Positions 51,401 through 64,000 of a DNA stretch of 64,000 nt are shown piece by piece. The stretch covers positions 30,010,001 through 30,074,000 of the forward strand of contig CM119372.1 in assembly GCA_051294905.1 (NCBI GenBank), given 5' to 3'. Positions within the stretch are counted from its first letter, which is position 1. Each line of letters opens with the position of its first letter. Both the position numbers and the translations under genes were made by a program. Under the pieces are notes generated by a model, which was not told the DNA's origin, ran no database searches, and worked only from the letters and a program-made list of their open reading frames with translations. This stretch comes from Botryllus schlosseri. Lineage: Eukaryota.

Positions 51401-52599
51401 ACATTGTTATCCAAACCATAAGTTTACTGCTTCGAAATTTTACTGTTATCATATCCTTAATAGTAATCGCATTATTACCAAGACAAGAATTTTATAACTG
51501 ACTCCATATAGGCAAACACTAACTCATTATCATATACAGCATGTAGCCATGCAGTATAGAAGTAATACAATCCTGATTTCGACTACGCCACGGTGGCAGG
51601 ATGACCATTGGGCACTATATATTGTGTCTGAAACTGGCTATACGTGGCCTGGGAAGGATAAAACAAACCTTTAGCAGAAATAGTGATTTGACTGGCAGCA
51701 TTGAAGTCGGTGTGTAGTGCGGGGTACGGATGGAGCACAAGTTGCTTCATGCACACTGCTGGCGGCTGCTCTGTTCTGAGTTATGTTTACATCGAGATGG
51801 CTAGAGATGTCCACCGCGAGTCATGCTCCAGATCCAGATTTAGAGTATCCGTGTGACATTTAGGGAACTGACCTGTCTCAAGAAAAAGCACCATATTGTA
51901 GGTGTATTAATCATCGCGCTGGTGAAACTATAATTGATTGAATTTACTCTTTATTTTAATTTTAATATTGATTGATATTTGATTTTAATTCTTGTTCTAG
52001 TAATGCATTTTGAAAAATTCACACGGGTCCAGCGGGTCGCTATACCTATGAATGCTGAATCATAGACAATACTAAATGTGCTTACTGTTCAATTAACGAC
52101 ACTATTAGTTATGGCAGAATTACAGGTTAACTAAATAATCTTTTGTTACCGGTGTGGCTCTATTCCAAGGCACCAAACCTTATCTTATTAATAAGCAAGT
52201 TTAACCTTTCATTACAGTCATAATCGTAGTCAGCCAGTTTGATCTATCTCTGCAAGAATACAATAATCACGATCGATAACGACTATTTTTGTTGGGGATG
52301 TGATAAGTGTATATGATTAGTGAGCCAGTATTAACACCGTAACGGGGTTAGCAAATCTAGCTATTTCTCAAGAATGATAAACAGTATTTTGTATCGCAAT
52401 AAGAATAGCTATTTCTAACTTCGCTTCGGGTGCTGGTATAAGTTGTACAAAGTTTGAATAGATTTAATACATCGGTACTTCTTCCCGTCAAGGCAAGTTT
52501 CAAAACGGGTGGTTCTGCACCGCGGTCTTGCCAACGCCTGAATGATAAATTTCCATGCCTTATTTTTGGTAACTAATTAAAGGTAAACAGACACCGATT

Positions 52600-54200
52600 G
52601 GTTTACAGGTGGCACAGAGCATAGAAGATTGTGGTTGTCCAAATATACAATGACTTAGATGCTAGATCTGATGTGGGAAGTAACACCCAGGGGAGTTCCG
52701 TAGCTGAACAATTTCTAGTCTTTTCGGATAGTTTGGTATAGTGTTGGCATAAGATTAGGTATAGCACTACGCCATTTTAGTAAACATTGCACAAGTATTG
52801 CATAAAATAGTCATCAGTAATTTCTTGAATAAATTTTCGTCGATTGAAACTGTGTAACGTTATCTGTCATTTTTGCATTAGTCTAATGATGCATCTTGCA
52901 GTTTCAAGAGTGGCCACTACTAAGTAATTGCCTGTTAAGTCATGTAAAATCTTGATAAAGTATGTATCTTTATCTGACCTTGTGGTATTAACGCATCCAC
53001 ATCATTGGTACATCAATTGGAATTGTCCAGGCCAGTATACAAGACAGATTTATAAGTTTTGAGGCATCTACCACAGAACGATGCCAAATAGTTAAGCCAC
53101 TTGTGTGGCTGAAATTTACCTGAGTTCTTTTTTGTCAATTAAGTAGACCGTCTTAAGGATTCAGCCCAATCCAAGCAACGTCTCAGCAACAGTGATCTAT
53201 GCTGGTATCACACACTCGGTGAACTTTGACCACCAAAATAACCACTTGGCAATCCCGGCTCTTTGAAAATCTGCAATGTCACGAAGTTATATACCATTAA
53301 GCATTGATTAATTACTGGAGAAGGTTAAATTTACGCTGAAACTGAGTCACGGTTATTGATTGCTTCATACCAATACCGGGGTTTATATATTATCAATGGT
53401 ATCACCAACCATGACTTACCCGACGTGAGGTTTCGAAAATCGAGTCCGGCCACTTTTTTTCAGCTGCGTTGAAACTCACTCCTAATTGGTAAATATATAG
53501 CCATTTTCTTTGCCTGAATGCCAGTAGATGCAAGCTCAAGCTGAATAGACGTCCATACTGTGGTATCTATCAGGATTAAACCGTAACAATACCTTTATAG
53601 GCTTAAAAAAGAAAATGTATTGGTGAACTCCCACTCATCAACAGTTTATAACCCTTCTGAACAGCATGCTGCAGCCTGTTGACAACTTCCTTGTCAGTTT
53701 TCTGCACTATTATAAGAGTAATTTGCAGATTAGGTCTTCTAGACAATACGGTAGCCACATCTCATTTTTAGTAAATTCAGTGTTACTGGTGAAGTGACCT
53801 ATTTGCAGAGGGCATTTTGCCTACGTTTGTTCAGGCTCTGTGTTTTTGAGAAAGGGGGAGAGTATTTATTTTTTAACTCAATCTGTACTGCACAGCAGAC
53901 AAGACAGCAATAATCGCGATACGGAGTAGGCCTACACTGCATGATATTTGGCATGATAAGATGCGATCTCACAATAATCTTATGCAGATTACTTAGCCTT
54001 TTGACAGTGGAAAACCTAATATTTTGAGCATATGATGTTCCACTGATTGTCATAAATCACGCGTCTTTGCCTTTAGGCTAAAAAATGCCTAACAAATATT
54101 CAGAACTGACGAAAGATTGCAGATAACTTGATAATTTTGTTAATTGCTGAGTATTCTAGTTACGTTATGGTTGATAGTCAGTTCATTTCAATTGTAGATC
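52600..54200 (-). pseudogene. Highly decayed Gypsy-like pol remnant (RT, RNase H, integrase order on the minus strand)
   Basis: Fragments across frameshifts: SSEY..PKGKD (RT start, ~54100), FNAAEKKW (RNase H, ~53465), VCDTS and ASKLI..YWPG..DV (integrase zinc region, ~53200-53010), KD*.CSATEL (~52710). Confidence 0.42.
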
Positions 54201-54408
54201 ATGAATTACTCAATAGTATGGGTCCAAACTCCAAAACTAGAGCAATAAGATCTGAATCTTCAAGTAATACGAGTTTTGATATTAGCAAAGTACTTTGTTG
54301 AACCCTAGTGACCTTCTGAGTTCTAGGCATTAAGGCCAAATCTAACTGAGTTTAGTTCAATAGTGTAAGGCCAATTTTGAAGACATGATATACACAAATA
54401 ATAGATAG

Positions 54409-55385
54409 TAGGGATGGTGTGAACTTGAGGTTCACGTTCGCGTTCTGTGTGTGAACCTCGGAAATTTAGAGGTTCGCGTTCACAACAGAACCCTGGTAGG
54501 TTCTGCACTGTGAACCTTTTGGTAAATTGTAAGTTTCACTCCATTATAAGATCTTTGGCTCAAATTTATTGCATTCCAACTGCTGGCCACTCCACGCAGG
54601 GTGCTGGCAGCATAAAAAATCAATACTAAACGAGCATGCACCTCGACAACCTTAAAAGTTTTACTTGCTTTGTTGCAAAAATTTTCTCGGAATATCCAGC
54701 TTTCCGTTTGTAAATATATTTAGTGACTCTCTGCTGTGAGCTTGACCAGCAATCGATATACGTAGCCAGCGAATGATGCTTATTCAACCAATCAATGACA
54801 TTGATATCGGTTTCTGATGTTAAAAATCGAACGGTCGTACTGGGTCAATCTTGACTTCATATCTTTACTGTATCATTAAAACCAAATCCGTACGATTAAG
54901 GTGCTTGCTACTGCTGCATAACTTGTTGTTTGTGGTATCGGTAGCGAGTACAGAGACCCGTTGTAAACTCTGCTCAATATCAATGTACTCAGACTCCGAA
55001 CACATTGTCCGGTCTGGCTAAGACCGTTAAGGCGTAAGCTTATATTCCTTGGTAAGTCCTCGTCGATATTGTTGGCTAAGAGACGGAATGTACTGATTTT
55101 ATGCAATTATTATATCCTTCGATTACCGCGGTTGATACATTTAGCGACGTTTAAAATGCCGATATGTACTTCAGCATTGTGGCATTTTGTGGGCCGAATC
55201 TTCGCTATAGGTATCGTGTACATTAATATAGGGCATAGACTATCACTTCATTGAAAGAAAGGGTTGGAATTAGCAATATGACGTCACGTGACGTCACGAG
55301 TTTCACGTTCGTGTTCACACAGAACCCTTCAAAAAGGTTCGCGTTCACACGAACCTGAGCCTTTCAGAGGTTCACACCATCCCTA
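54409..55385 (-). mobile_element. TAGGGATG-family MITE, copy 3, uninterrupted, reverse orientation
   Basis: TIR TAGGGATGGTGTGAAC...GTTCACACCATCCCTA; exact TSD ATAGATAG. Confidence 0.94.
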
Positions 55386-56462
55386 ATAGATAGTGACCGT
55401 TTTGGTTGAAAACCTTTCATCAAGATAATAAGTGTGTGTGTGAGAGAGAGAGAAGAACTGAAATGGTGGCATTTATAAACTATTTTCTGGACCCACTATG
55501 AATAATCACCAGTAGCAGTAAACGGATGTGAAGACTAACTTCAAACAACGACCACCTATGTTGTAAGAGAACCATCGTGTGTTTATTATGAAAAGGTATG
55601 GTAATCATCTTAATAAAAAAAATACGCCATTTATTTATTTATTCTATAGAATCTTGTTCGATATGATGAAGTTGTGTTAAAGCATTTCTTTTTATTGTAT
55701 AGATAAATTTCTTGAGCTTGGGCATGGAGCCGATATTACGGTGTTCGCTGCTTGGGGGTAGTGCCTGGTGTCGGCTATCGGAACCGACTCAGGTGCGACC
55801 CAATAACTCACAATAATGATATAAGTAGCCCTTTTGAATAAAACCGTAGAATACCTTGAGAATCACCCTCAAAATGAATTCTTATCTAGTTGGACAGCAT
55901 CCAACCTCAAAGTAATGTGTAATTGTAATTATGTATATATAGGTAAATGATTGTGCAAATCCTACGCTCCTCTCTACGCTCTAGAAGTAGAAGCAAATTC
56001 CATTGACCCCTACCAGTGGTAAGGAGAGTCGATTTAGGAAAAATCCTGGCAAGCGATCTTGGTAGAAGAATTTCAGTCCATTGTATGATATTAAACATAA
56101 AATCATAAAGGGATTGGATACCGTTACTTCTCCCAAAATGATATACATATATATAGTAGTTTGTGGGAAAGTCACGCTTTTTGACACCCCGTAGTTACGC
56201 AAGGGGGAACTACATTCGAACCACAGCAGGGAGGAAGGAGGGACAAATATATTGTCGCAAAACAATGTATATAAAGTATAAGTGTTACAGTATATATATA
56301 AGCACCCACGAAAAAAATTGATAAAAGAATTTATAAATCAAATAAAAACTTGTGGCGGATAAAACATACAATAAGAAAATTTGCCATGTGCAAAATAGAG
56401 GCACCCGTCTAATTTAGGGCTCCGCCATTGGAAACAATGGTATGACTTTGCCACGGGTGACA

Positions 56463-56632
56463 GCACAGGACTGGAAATGCTAGATTATCCAGAGAAGCCT
56501 GGAAGACTAAATTAATAGGCACAGGACTGGAAATGATAGATTATCCAGAGAAGCCTGGAAGACTAAATTAATAGGCACAAGACTGAAAAAGCTAGATTTT
56601 TCAGAGAAGCTTCGAAAACTAAATTGATAAGG
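56463..56632. repeat. Tandem repeat, 3 x 56 bp
   Basis: GCACAGGACTGGAAATG.TAGATTATCCAGAGAAGCCTGGAAGACTAAATTAATAG at 56463 and 56519, with a more diverged copy at 56575. Confidence 0.9.
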
Positions 56633-57299
56633 CTGGTTGAAAGTCTTAGGATACACTCAATGATTTGGCATCCCTATCTGGTTTAATTAAACTATGTTTA
56701 ATGAAGAAATAATATATAACCTGAATAAATAAATATCTATGATAGCCTATATGTGTAGTAATAGTGATTTAGGCTATATATAATCGGAATAAAATAGTAT
56801 GGTAATTAGGTTAGAAAATACCCTAGAACACATAGGAAAGTGTACTACAAATAATACGAACTTGAAAATGGCAAATAAATTGGCCCCATCCACACATTTC
56901 TTTTCCGAAACAGATGTGTCGATGATCAAGAACCACGCTGGTCATATAGGTCCACCCTGTCGACACATGCGTTTTACGAAGCGGGTGTGTCAACTGTTTG
57001 TTATATCGATATCTGTACAAGATTTGGGACAATTTTATTTTAACGAGTTAATTTTTGTGCTATAGACGTAGGCATAAATTGCGTCATGAAGTACAAGTGT
57101 CATTCTCATTTTCGAAATTATAAGACAGATCAAATACGATATCAAGATATTCTACACACCCGTGTAGTTAAGCTATTGTATGAAACGATGACGGGACATA
57201 TTAATTCATTCCGCACGAGTTTGTCGAAAGCCTGCTCTGTCAAGCACTAATGTACCGAGAGGACAACGAGTTATACAAGAAGATGGAATCACCACTCCA

Positions 57300-57813
57300 C
57301 GATATCGCGATTCTCCCGGACAAAACGGCACCTATATTCCACCTTGCAATCGCCGAGCTGATTTTATAGATTGGTGACATTTCGTCCATATCGAAAGAAG
57401 CTTCAGTTTTGCCAACTGATGTGGCGGCCACGAGATTTTATTGGTCTGGATACAAAGATAGAGTGAAGTGTTTCAGCTGCGGTGTAAACATGGACTACGC
57501 CTGAAAAGCGAGCACAAAAACCTTCACCGGCCGCCGAAATAGAAACGCAAATACGCGTCTCTCGAACCAGATTGTCAGAGGAAGATGCTAAGAGGATGCA
57601 GTTGGACAACATAAGATTTAGCAGAAGTCACACAGAAAAGAGCCACCAGCAGACGATGAAATATTCATTTCACTGTGAACGATGTCGTACAAGACCCTTT
57701 GATACTACTCGATATAGTGCCAGTCGATTCAAATACACAAACTGCACAACAGTCAAAGAGCACGCTGGGCAACTCTGTTTATGCAAGAAACAGAATGGGG
57801 ACGCCATCAATAT
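57300..57813 (+). pseudogene. Inhibitor-of-apoptosis (BIR domain) pseudogene fragment; probably resumes at 63954
   Basis: YRLVTFRPY/(frameshift)SVLPTDVAATRFYWSGYKDRVKCFSCG matches BIR RLxTF...LAxAGFYxxGxxDxVKCFxCG; a stop follows shortly and the distal His/Cys ligands are missing. Confidence 0.75.
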
Positions 57814-58903
57814 CAGTGGCGGCTCGTGACAATATCGGGTGGTGGGGCAAGGGCTGCAAGCGACTTTTTATCAAGATGACGTCACAGTGGCGTTTTTCAA
57901 CGTAAACAAGTAACTTGGTGGTACGGTAACTCGAACGACAACAGTGATTTTAACGTATGTGCCGCGAGAGGTCTGCTGGTGAGCTGTGACTTAAAGTGTG
58001 GTAACTGCGTTAACGGCGTGCGGAACAAAGATTCGACACGATTCATGTTCGCGCTAAACCTGACTAATTATCTGCAGGAATGGAAATGGCTATAACTCGA
58101 GAGATTGCGTAAGCCTAACTGGAAAGGTCAACGAGTTCGGACACATACGCAATTGTTATCTCATAGATTGGACATGTCATATTGAATACAAAACATCATT
58201 CGGAAGAACTACGGATAGCAGCCTCGGAATTCGGTGCCGGTGCAGCATAGGATATTTTGGCCTTGAGGCCGGAGACGGTCACACGGCACATACGGCATAC
58301 GGTCTAGTGTCTAACTGTCTATATGTCTGCTGCAAAATCGCCTTTGGAAAATATATTACCAAATAAATACGTGATTGAAAGCCGAAAACTTGGTACACCG
58401 TTAGATGAAATCATCGCGAAGTAACCTCATGACCGTTTTCGATATGGTACACTGTCAAAATTAATACGAACACACCAACACCGAATTTTGCGTGAAATTT
58501 ACTGAGGAATAGGCTGATCAAGCGAGCAGCTGTTAGCCGCCATCGAAAACGAAACAGCTATCGAGCTTGACAGGGGTTATAATTGTAAAAAATGGCCTGA
58601 AGGCCACAATTTCACGGTGAAATTGACATTGAAGAATATAAAATATAACTAAATAGTTGAATGCAAACCGAGGATGTTAGTAAACTGCTTCATGATATCA
58701 TCATCTCATCAACTATCTCAGTATGGAACACAGTTAGCCTTAACACAGATACACCGGCTTTTGCATGAAATCCGCAATGCGTTAGGTAGGCTAAGTGTCA
58801 GATCAGCGCACATCTCTACCATTGGGCTCGAAAGTCACGTGACTTCTGGTTCGCTGGGGCCAAACAACTATCTTAGATAGCCGCTGCCTGTGTTAATTTG
58901 CGA

Positions 58904-59618
58904 CAGGGCCGGCCAACCCGTGGCCCGCGGGCCACATGTGGCCCGCGAGAAGGTTTTGAGTGGCCCACGAGGTAATTTCCGAAAATTCTAATATCATCAA
59001 AATGGATGGCACAGATTGTGAACTTGAAAGGCCAACCAAAAATTTGATTAGTCTGGCCGCAACACTTGAGATGTGATGACTAAAATATCAGTTCCGACGC
59101 ATTGACAGATCAATCAGCCATTCACATATTGGTATATCATCGTACACTACAATAAAGCAGAATAATTTGCGATAGATTTATGAAAGGTAAAAATTTTCTA
59201 AAAGCTTGGCGCAACATGTTGTCACTCGATTTCTTGTTTTTAATATTGTTGCCCTTTTGTGAAAATGGAAGAACACCTAATGTATCAGATTGAGTCTAAC
59301 TATATTCGCGATTACGAGACAAAGTGTCGTTCAACATATGCGTCATCGCGCGCAGTAAGACCGTCGACTATGAAACCTTGGCACGAAATGATTGACGCAT
59401 GTTGGTCGCATCTTTCGATATCGATATGTCCATGCGCCGAATAGCCCAGTCCTCGCAAACTTAGCCCAGCGATATACAACAGGCCAGCAATATAGTTAAG
59501 TGACAATATTATTGACCTATGAACTTCACAAAATTTTCGCGCTTCGCGTGGCTAGTGGCCCGCGCAATAATTCGTCAATCGAATGTGGCCCGTTGGCTGA
59601 AAAGGTTGGCCAGCCCTG
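58904..59618. mobile_element. hAT MITE with GTGGCCCG repeats, nested in the 6.1-kb element
   Basis: TIR CAGGGCCGGCCAACC...GGTTGGCCAGCCCTG; exact TSD ATTTGCGA. Confidence 0.92.
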
Positions 59619-60453
59619 ATTTGCGATATTGGTCTGTTTTTAAATCGTATTTTCTGTCTCAGTGAGTTTGTTTGAAGTACAGTTCTGGGTTTTATGTCAT
59701 CTTCTATGACTTATTAGCTAGTTTCAGGACTTTTAGATACTAACTAGGTAGGATTATGTTGTTTTGCAGCTGCGCAAAATGCCAAGGCATAACGTGCCAA
59801 TTTGTTATAATGGATGAGAAAACAATTCAGAGTAGTCGTTCCATCGACTTCTGAATTGCCAGAAAACGACAGGAAAGTGACCGAAATTAATAAAGCTAGT
59901 GAGAATGATAAATATAATTAACATTTGAACTATGTTGACTTGTTTGTTTGGTGGTATCAAATGTCATACCGGTATCTCGTGTGCCCCAAGACAGCGTAAT
60001 CGAGTCAGCTTCAATAGCAAATGATTTAAGATAAGCCACAATTATTAGATTTTTTAAAAGTGTTTATGGAGTGAAAGTGGCCTAAGAATAGATGCATCAA
60101 CTGCAGGCATCGGTTAGCTTTTAAGATATCTGTGCCATTTATCGAAAAAGATAATCAAGAATTTCGGTCAGCCAAATTTATATTCAACCATGCCAATCAG
60201 AAGGAAGTTATTGATTGTTTCAAGGATAGTGCTGAGAAGACTGCTATTGCCGGACAAGGACAAGAGTACCGTACTTTCGACTTGGTTTTTTTGATGATGC
60301 AGCGATTTACAATTTGGTATCATTCTAACTGGAATGTAAATATTCTTTTAATGGGAGACCAGGTCTTGCTGTTACTCATGACACTACTTCCTATAATTTA
60401 GTACTGGCACTGTTGCCAATGTTTTTCTAAATTTTGGTCAAGTTTCTATACAT

Positions 60454-60800
60454 CAGTGTTGTTCAAAAATAACTTTTTTTCCGAATTTCACTGGCTCATG
60501 AACAAAATTGTTAGGTGGCTTGATAAAAGGTTGCACACTAGATTTGGCTCAATTCCAACATGCAGAAGTGAAGCTATCAGATTTAAAAAAAAATTGAATT
60601 TATTGAAAAAATAAAATAGTTTTATTAAATTTTACTGGCTATGCCATGAAATTGTTGAGTTTCAAAAAATGTTTAGCAAATTTGGCTAGTTGAGCCAAAT
60701 TAAAAATTTTCTACTTTCAGTAGCTTTTGCATTGCTCTATACAAAATTTACACAAATTTCTTGAACAAAAATCAGAGGGTAATTCATAACTATTTTATTC
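60454..60800. mobile_element. Single diverged arm related to the foldback MITE family
   Basis: TTCAAAAATAACTTTTTT...ACTGGCT...AAAATTGTTA...CACAC...ATTTGGCTCAATTCCAAC aligns with 49859-49955. Confidence 0.65.
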
Positions 60801-62334
60801 TCTTTATAGATACTTTTAGATGTTTAACAAATCAATGCAAACATTGATGCTAGCCTCACTAATCTGTACCTGATTGCTGTGCTAGTGAAGTTGCACTGTG
60901 CGCTATATGTAAACCATATCCGGGGCATCTCTGATCCCGGCATCTTGTATGATGCAATTGGTATCTCTGCCAAAAACTGCTCTCCAGAAGACACCATCTC
61001 CTTCATCGCAAGAACGAGAAGCACACGCACGCTATTTACCCCTTGAACTGTGAGAAAATGCAGCTCAACTGTCTATGGAATGACGTCACCGTAGGGAGGT
61101 GGAGCGACACACTTCAAGACGCTACCGGCCTTAAAAGTCGGGACCACATATACTTCCTGAACTTGTAGAAATCCACCCAAAACGCTGGGAAGGAACTGAC
61201 ATTGTTGTCGACATATGGTACATCAATGCCACCAGTAGGTCATTTGTGAGACCAGCCTCGTAACCATACGGACCCAACAACACTGGTATCCCTTACCGTC
61301 GTTCTCAGGGTCAGAGCACCGTGAATTTACACAAACGCCGTTCAGGATCTTGGCTTGTCAATGGAAGATACTTACGTCGTCGCGATGCAGAAACGCAATA
61401 ACTACAGATTGCCATGGAGTACTCACAGTTACACTGCTTGCTGTTATTCTCGTCAATTTCGATATACCAACACTGTCCTATCAATTGTATTGCTTATGAC
61501 TGCCCATTTTCAAGCCAACTCTGTGTGTTTAAGTGAGTCGTCAGTTTAAGACTACCTCCACAGTAGCAGTGTATAGCTTAAGTCAAAACTGCATCCGTTT
61601 ATGGCAAGTTGGCAACATTAATCAGGAATACCTAATCTGTGACCAATACCTACATTCTATTTGTTTCATTCTCGGTGCAAAGGAAATACATTCTCAAGTT
61701 GTGAATTTGTCGAATTTATTGGCCAGTTATTGATTTCGTCAGCACTCTTAGAATTTTGTAAAATCAAGCGAGAGTATGCAACTATGCAAGATTAAGAAAG
61801 TATTGTTGTGGAAATATTATTATATCAGAATTAGGTAGTTCTTCTATTCAGAATCTCGAGGGAATTGACGGGTCCAAAACGAAGAAATGGCATAAGTTTT
61901 GAGTATGCAATGCACAAGCTGCCCTGCACTTGTCAAAGTACTTGTGATGCTGGCAAGTACTATAGTATCACCGACTCATTTCAAAATGAAGACTTTCTTC
62001 TAAACGCTCAAGTCTATTAATGATCTTGATTTGGTAGAATAGGGACACTTGATATCTGTCAATACACACATTACAAAAGTGCCGCAAACATGTCCTAAAA
62101 CTACTTTAAAAAATATAACACTCCGGCAAGTATGCAATATTACATAGTACTCTGAAAAGGTGGAAATACTATCTTCTTTACTTTCATTCAGTGTGCATGC
62201 CTCCTCTTTACATCGCCTAGGTCAAGATGGGTGTCTGATTCCATAGACTAGTCCAAGTCGCTTCGACATCTTCCTGTCTTTTCATTGTATCGCATTTTGT
62301 GGTGTATTGAACTGATAAAATTTCTAATAAACCA

Positions 62335-62650
62335 ATGATGATGATGATGATCGTCTGTTTGCACCACGACATAAATGCTTTAAAGTTCAAGGGTCTCTTT
62401 GCTTTTTGATAAGCTTTTTCTTTCTTTCATCTCTTGCTTGCTTCCATACGTCCTCGTCAGTGGTGCCGATTTTCGAGCCTCATCGGCTTTACTTAGCCAT
62501 CTGGGCTTGATTACATGACGCTGCTCATGTAGTTAGGTAAGCAGTGGGGAGTCCAGATAAGCCTCCAACCCACTTGCGTCAAGTGGGATTCGAACTCAAT
62601 TCCAACGCTTCCCCAATCTTTCAGGTAATTTTGCAGTTACCCACCTCTAC
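62335..62650 (-). mobile_element. Putative tRNA-derived SINE with an (ATC)n tail
   Basis: Minus-strand B-box-like GAGTTCGAATCCCAC (~62583-62597); 3' end ATGTCGTGGTGCAAACAGACG(ATC)n; a similar tail sequence occurs on + at ~44320. Confidence 0.55.
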
Positions 62651-64000
62651 GTCATAAACTTTCATTATACTCATGGCTGAACTGAATATTTCCCAATTCT
62701 TTGCCATCACCACCATACATTGCTGATATTGGATGGTCGTTGTCTAAATCATTTTGACTTCTTTTGACCAGATTCGGATTATTTTTGAAGAACTCGCAAA
62801 TCGTAAAAGTAGCCTAACCCAATCCATCTGAAATCAAATTTAACACGGTACGGTAATGTTACAATATTAATAATCTCCGATGTTGACTGATCACTGTCTC
62901 CGTGTCGATAAGTATATACTTGATGCATAATAATGCTGCAGCCATACGATGAATAGTTAGTAGGTCCAGATGAAAGTACTAAACCTTGGAATTACTTGTT
63001 TGAAATAGGCTATCTTAAACTGCTCTATACTCCATCATGTTAATTGAATACTATACATTGTCATCTATCTGCACGAAAAAAAATCAATCCTGTAACACAA
63101 ACACATAATGTGACAGCAAAGACCAGCGCAGTAGCAGAAATTGCGACACACAAATGCATTACTGTCGCAGAGAAGATGATACCAGAAACGCGCTTGGCCC
63201 CAGACGGTGGTTGCTATGCTGAAAAGTCACGTGACTTTCGAGCCCAATACTCGACCTTGATAACGAAATTGCTGCCCGAATCATTGAGTACCAACCTTGA
63301 GACTTGGCACAGCGTTCGATACTAAAATAAAGATACCATGCAAAAGCTCATGACGGATCTAGCTAAGGAGCATCGTTAAAATCAATGGAGACCAATACCG
63401 GCTTTTGCGTAAAATCTGTTTGCGATACATGACGGATCAGCACACACTCAACTTCGGAATCGGATTTACTACCCTAAACTTTGAGTAGAAACCCTAAAAC
63501 TTAGGACAGTGTTAAATACCACCATCACGACATGACATACCAAGTTTCAAAAATTATCATGGAGTGAAACACCATCAAAATCAAACTATACCAGCAAAGA
63601 TCGACTCAACGCATATGACGGTAACCGAGTTCAGATATAGATACGATTGTTACATCACACCTTAAGGGCAACTAGGCTATGTTGCCCCGGCTGCTCGGTA
63701 ATTTTATGAATAGGAGAGAGTAAATCACCGTTTCTTTATTGTGCGCGACGTTGAGAGAATAGACAGTGAAAGCTTGTTATGAGCGCTACCGGGGCATGCC
63801 CCGGCTAGGCATTCGCAAAGCGATAACACGCTCTGATTTCGGTATATATAGATTGCTGTGCGTCTATAAATGGTAAAGAATTGTTATTAAACAGAATTTT
63901 AGGTGGGGCAATGCCCCAGTTGCCCTATAGGACGAGCCGCCACTGATCAATATTAGAAATAGCATATGTTGAAGAAATTGCTGAGAATCTGATGGTCATA

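Larger units (their letters stand above)
57814..63945. mobile_element. 6.1-kb hAT-like element (CAGTGGCGGCTCGT termini) containing several later insertions
   Basis: 14-bp perfect TIR CAGTGGCGGCTCGT...ACGAGCCGCCACTG; exact TSD ATCAATAT (57806-57813, 63946-63953); GGGGCAA/TGCCCC subterminal motifs. Confidence 0.9.

Noticed and set aside
56463..56632. CRISPR-like array
   Set aside because: Units are contiguous tandem copies without unique spacers, the context is eukaryotic, and no cas genes are present; the same applies to 48277-48600.
57950..58045. Additional BIR-like segment (AARGLL...LKCGNCVNGVRN)
   Set aside because: It lies inside the 57814-63945 transposon and the similarity is weak.
62440..62495. 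Hammerhead-like CTGACGA and CCGATGA...GAAA words on the minus strand
   Set aside because: The order and stems do not fit the hammerhead core; only a simple GCCGAT/ATCGGC hairpin is present.
737..63325. The remaining 60-150 aa ORFs in the track
   Set aside because: Many start at non-ATG codons, lie in repeats and show no domain signature; treated as chance ORFs. Small spliced exons of a host gene cannot be excluded by eye.

Overview
Eukaryotic, AT-rich and transposon-dense DNA from an animal genome; an invertebrate chordate such as an ascidian is my inference from the repeat types and the 7TM motif, not something the sequence proves. Two long intact reading frames are present. One is an intronless 319-aa seven-transmembrane GPCR-like gene (28718-29677, -). 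The other is a single-ORF non-LTR retrotransposon of the RLE type (RT + CCHC + PD-(D/E)xK endonuclease, NeSL/Utopia/YURE-like; 36091-39612, +), followed by a strongly base-paired 3' UTR. The remainder is largely non-autonomous DNA transposons, mostly hAT with exact 8-bp TSDs and often nested up to three deep. It also holds one CACTG-ended EnSpm-type element, a near-perfect ~680-bp foldback, a multi-kb inverted-repeat complex, two tRNA-derived SINEs, decayed Gypsy pol remnants and an IAP (BIR) pseudogene split by a 6.1-kb hAT. The most unusual signal is a LINE 3' fragment (~41990-42290) with a clustered A>G hypermutation pattern matching ADAR neighbour preferences. Nearly all short ORFs in the supplied track are spurious.
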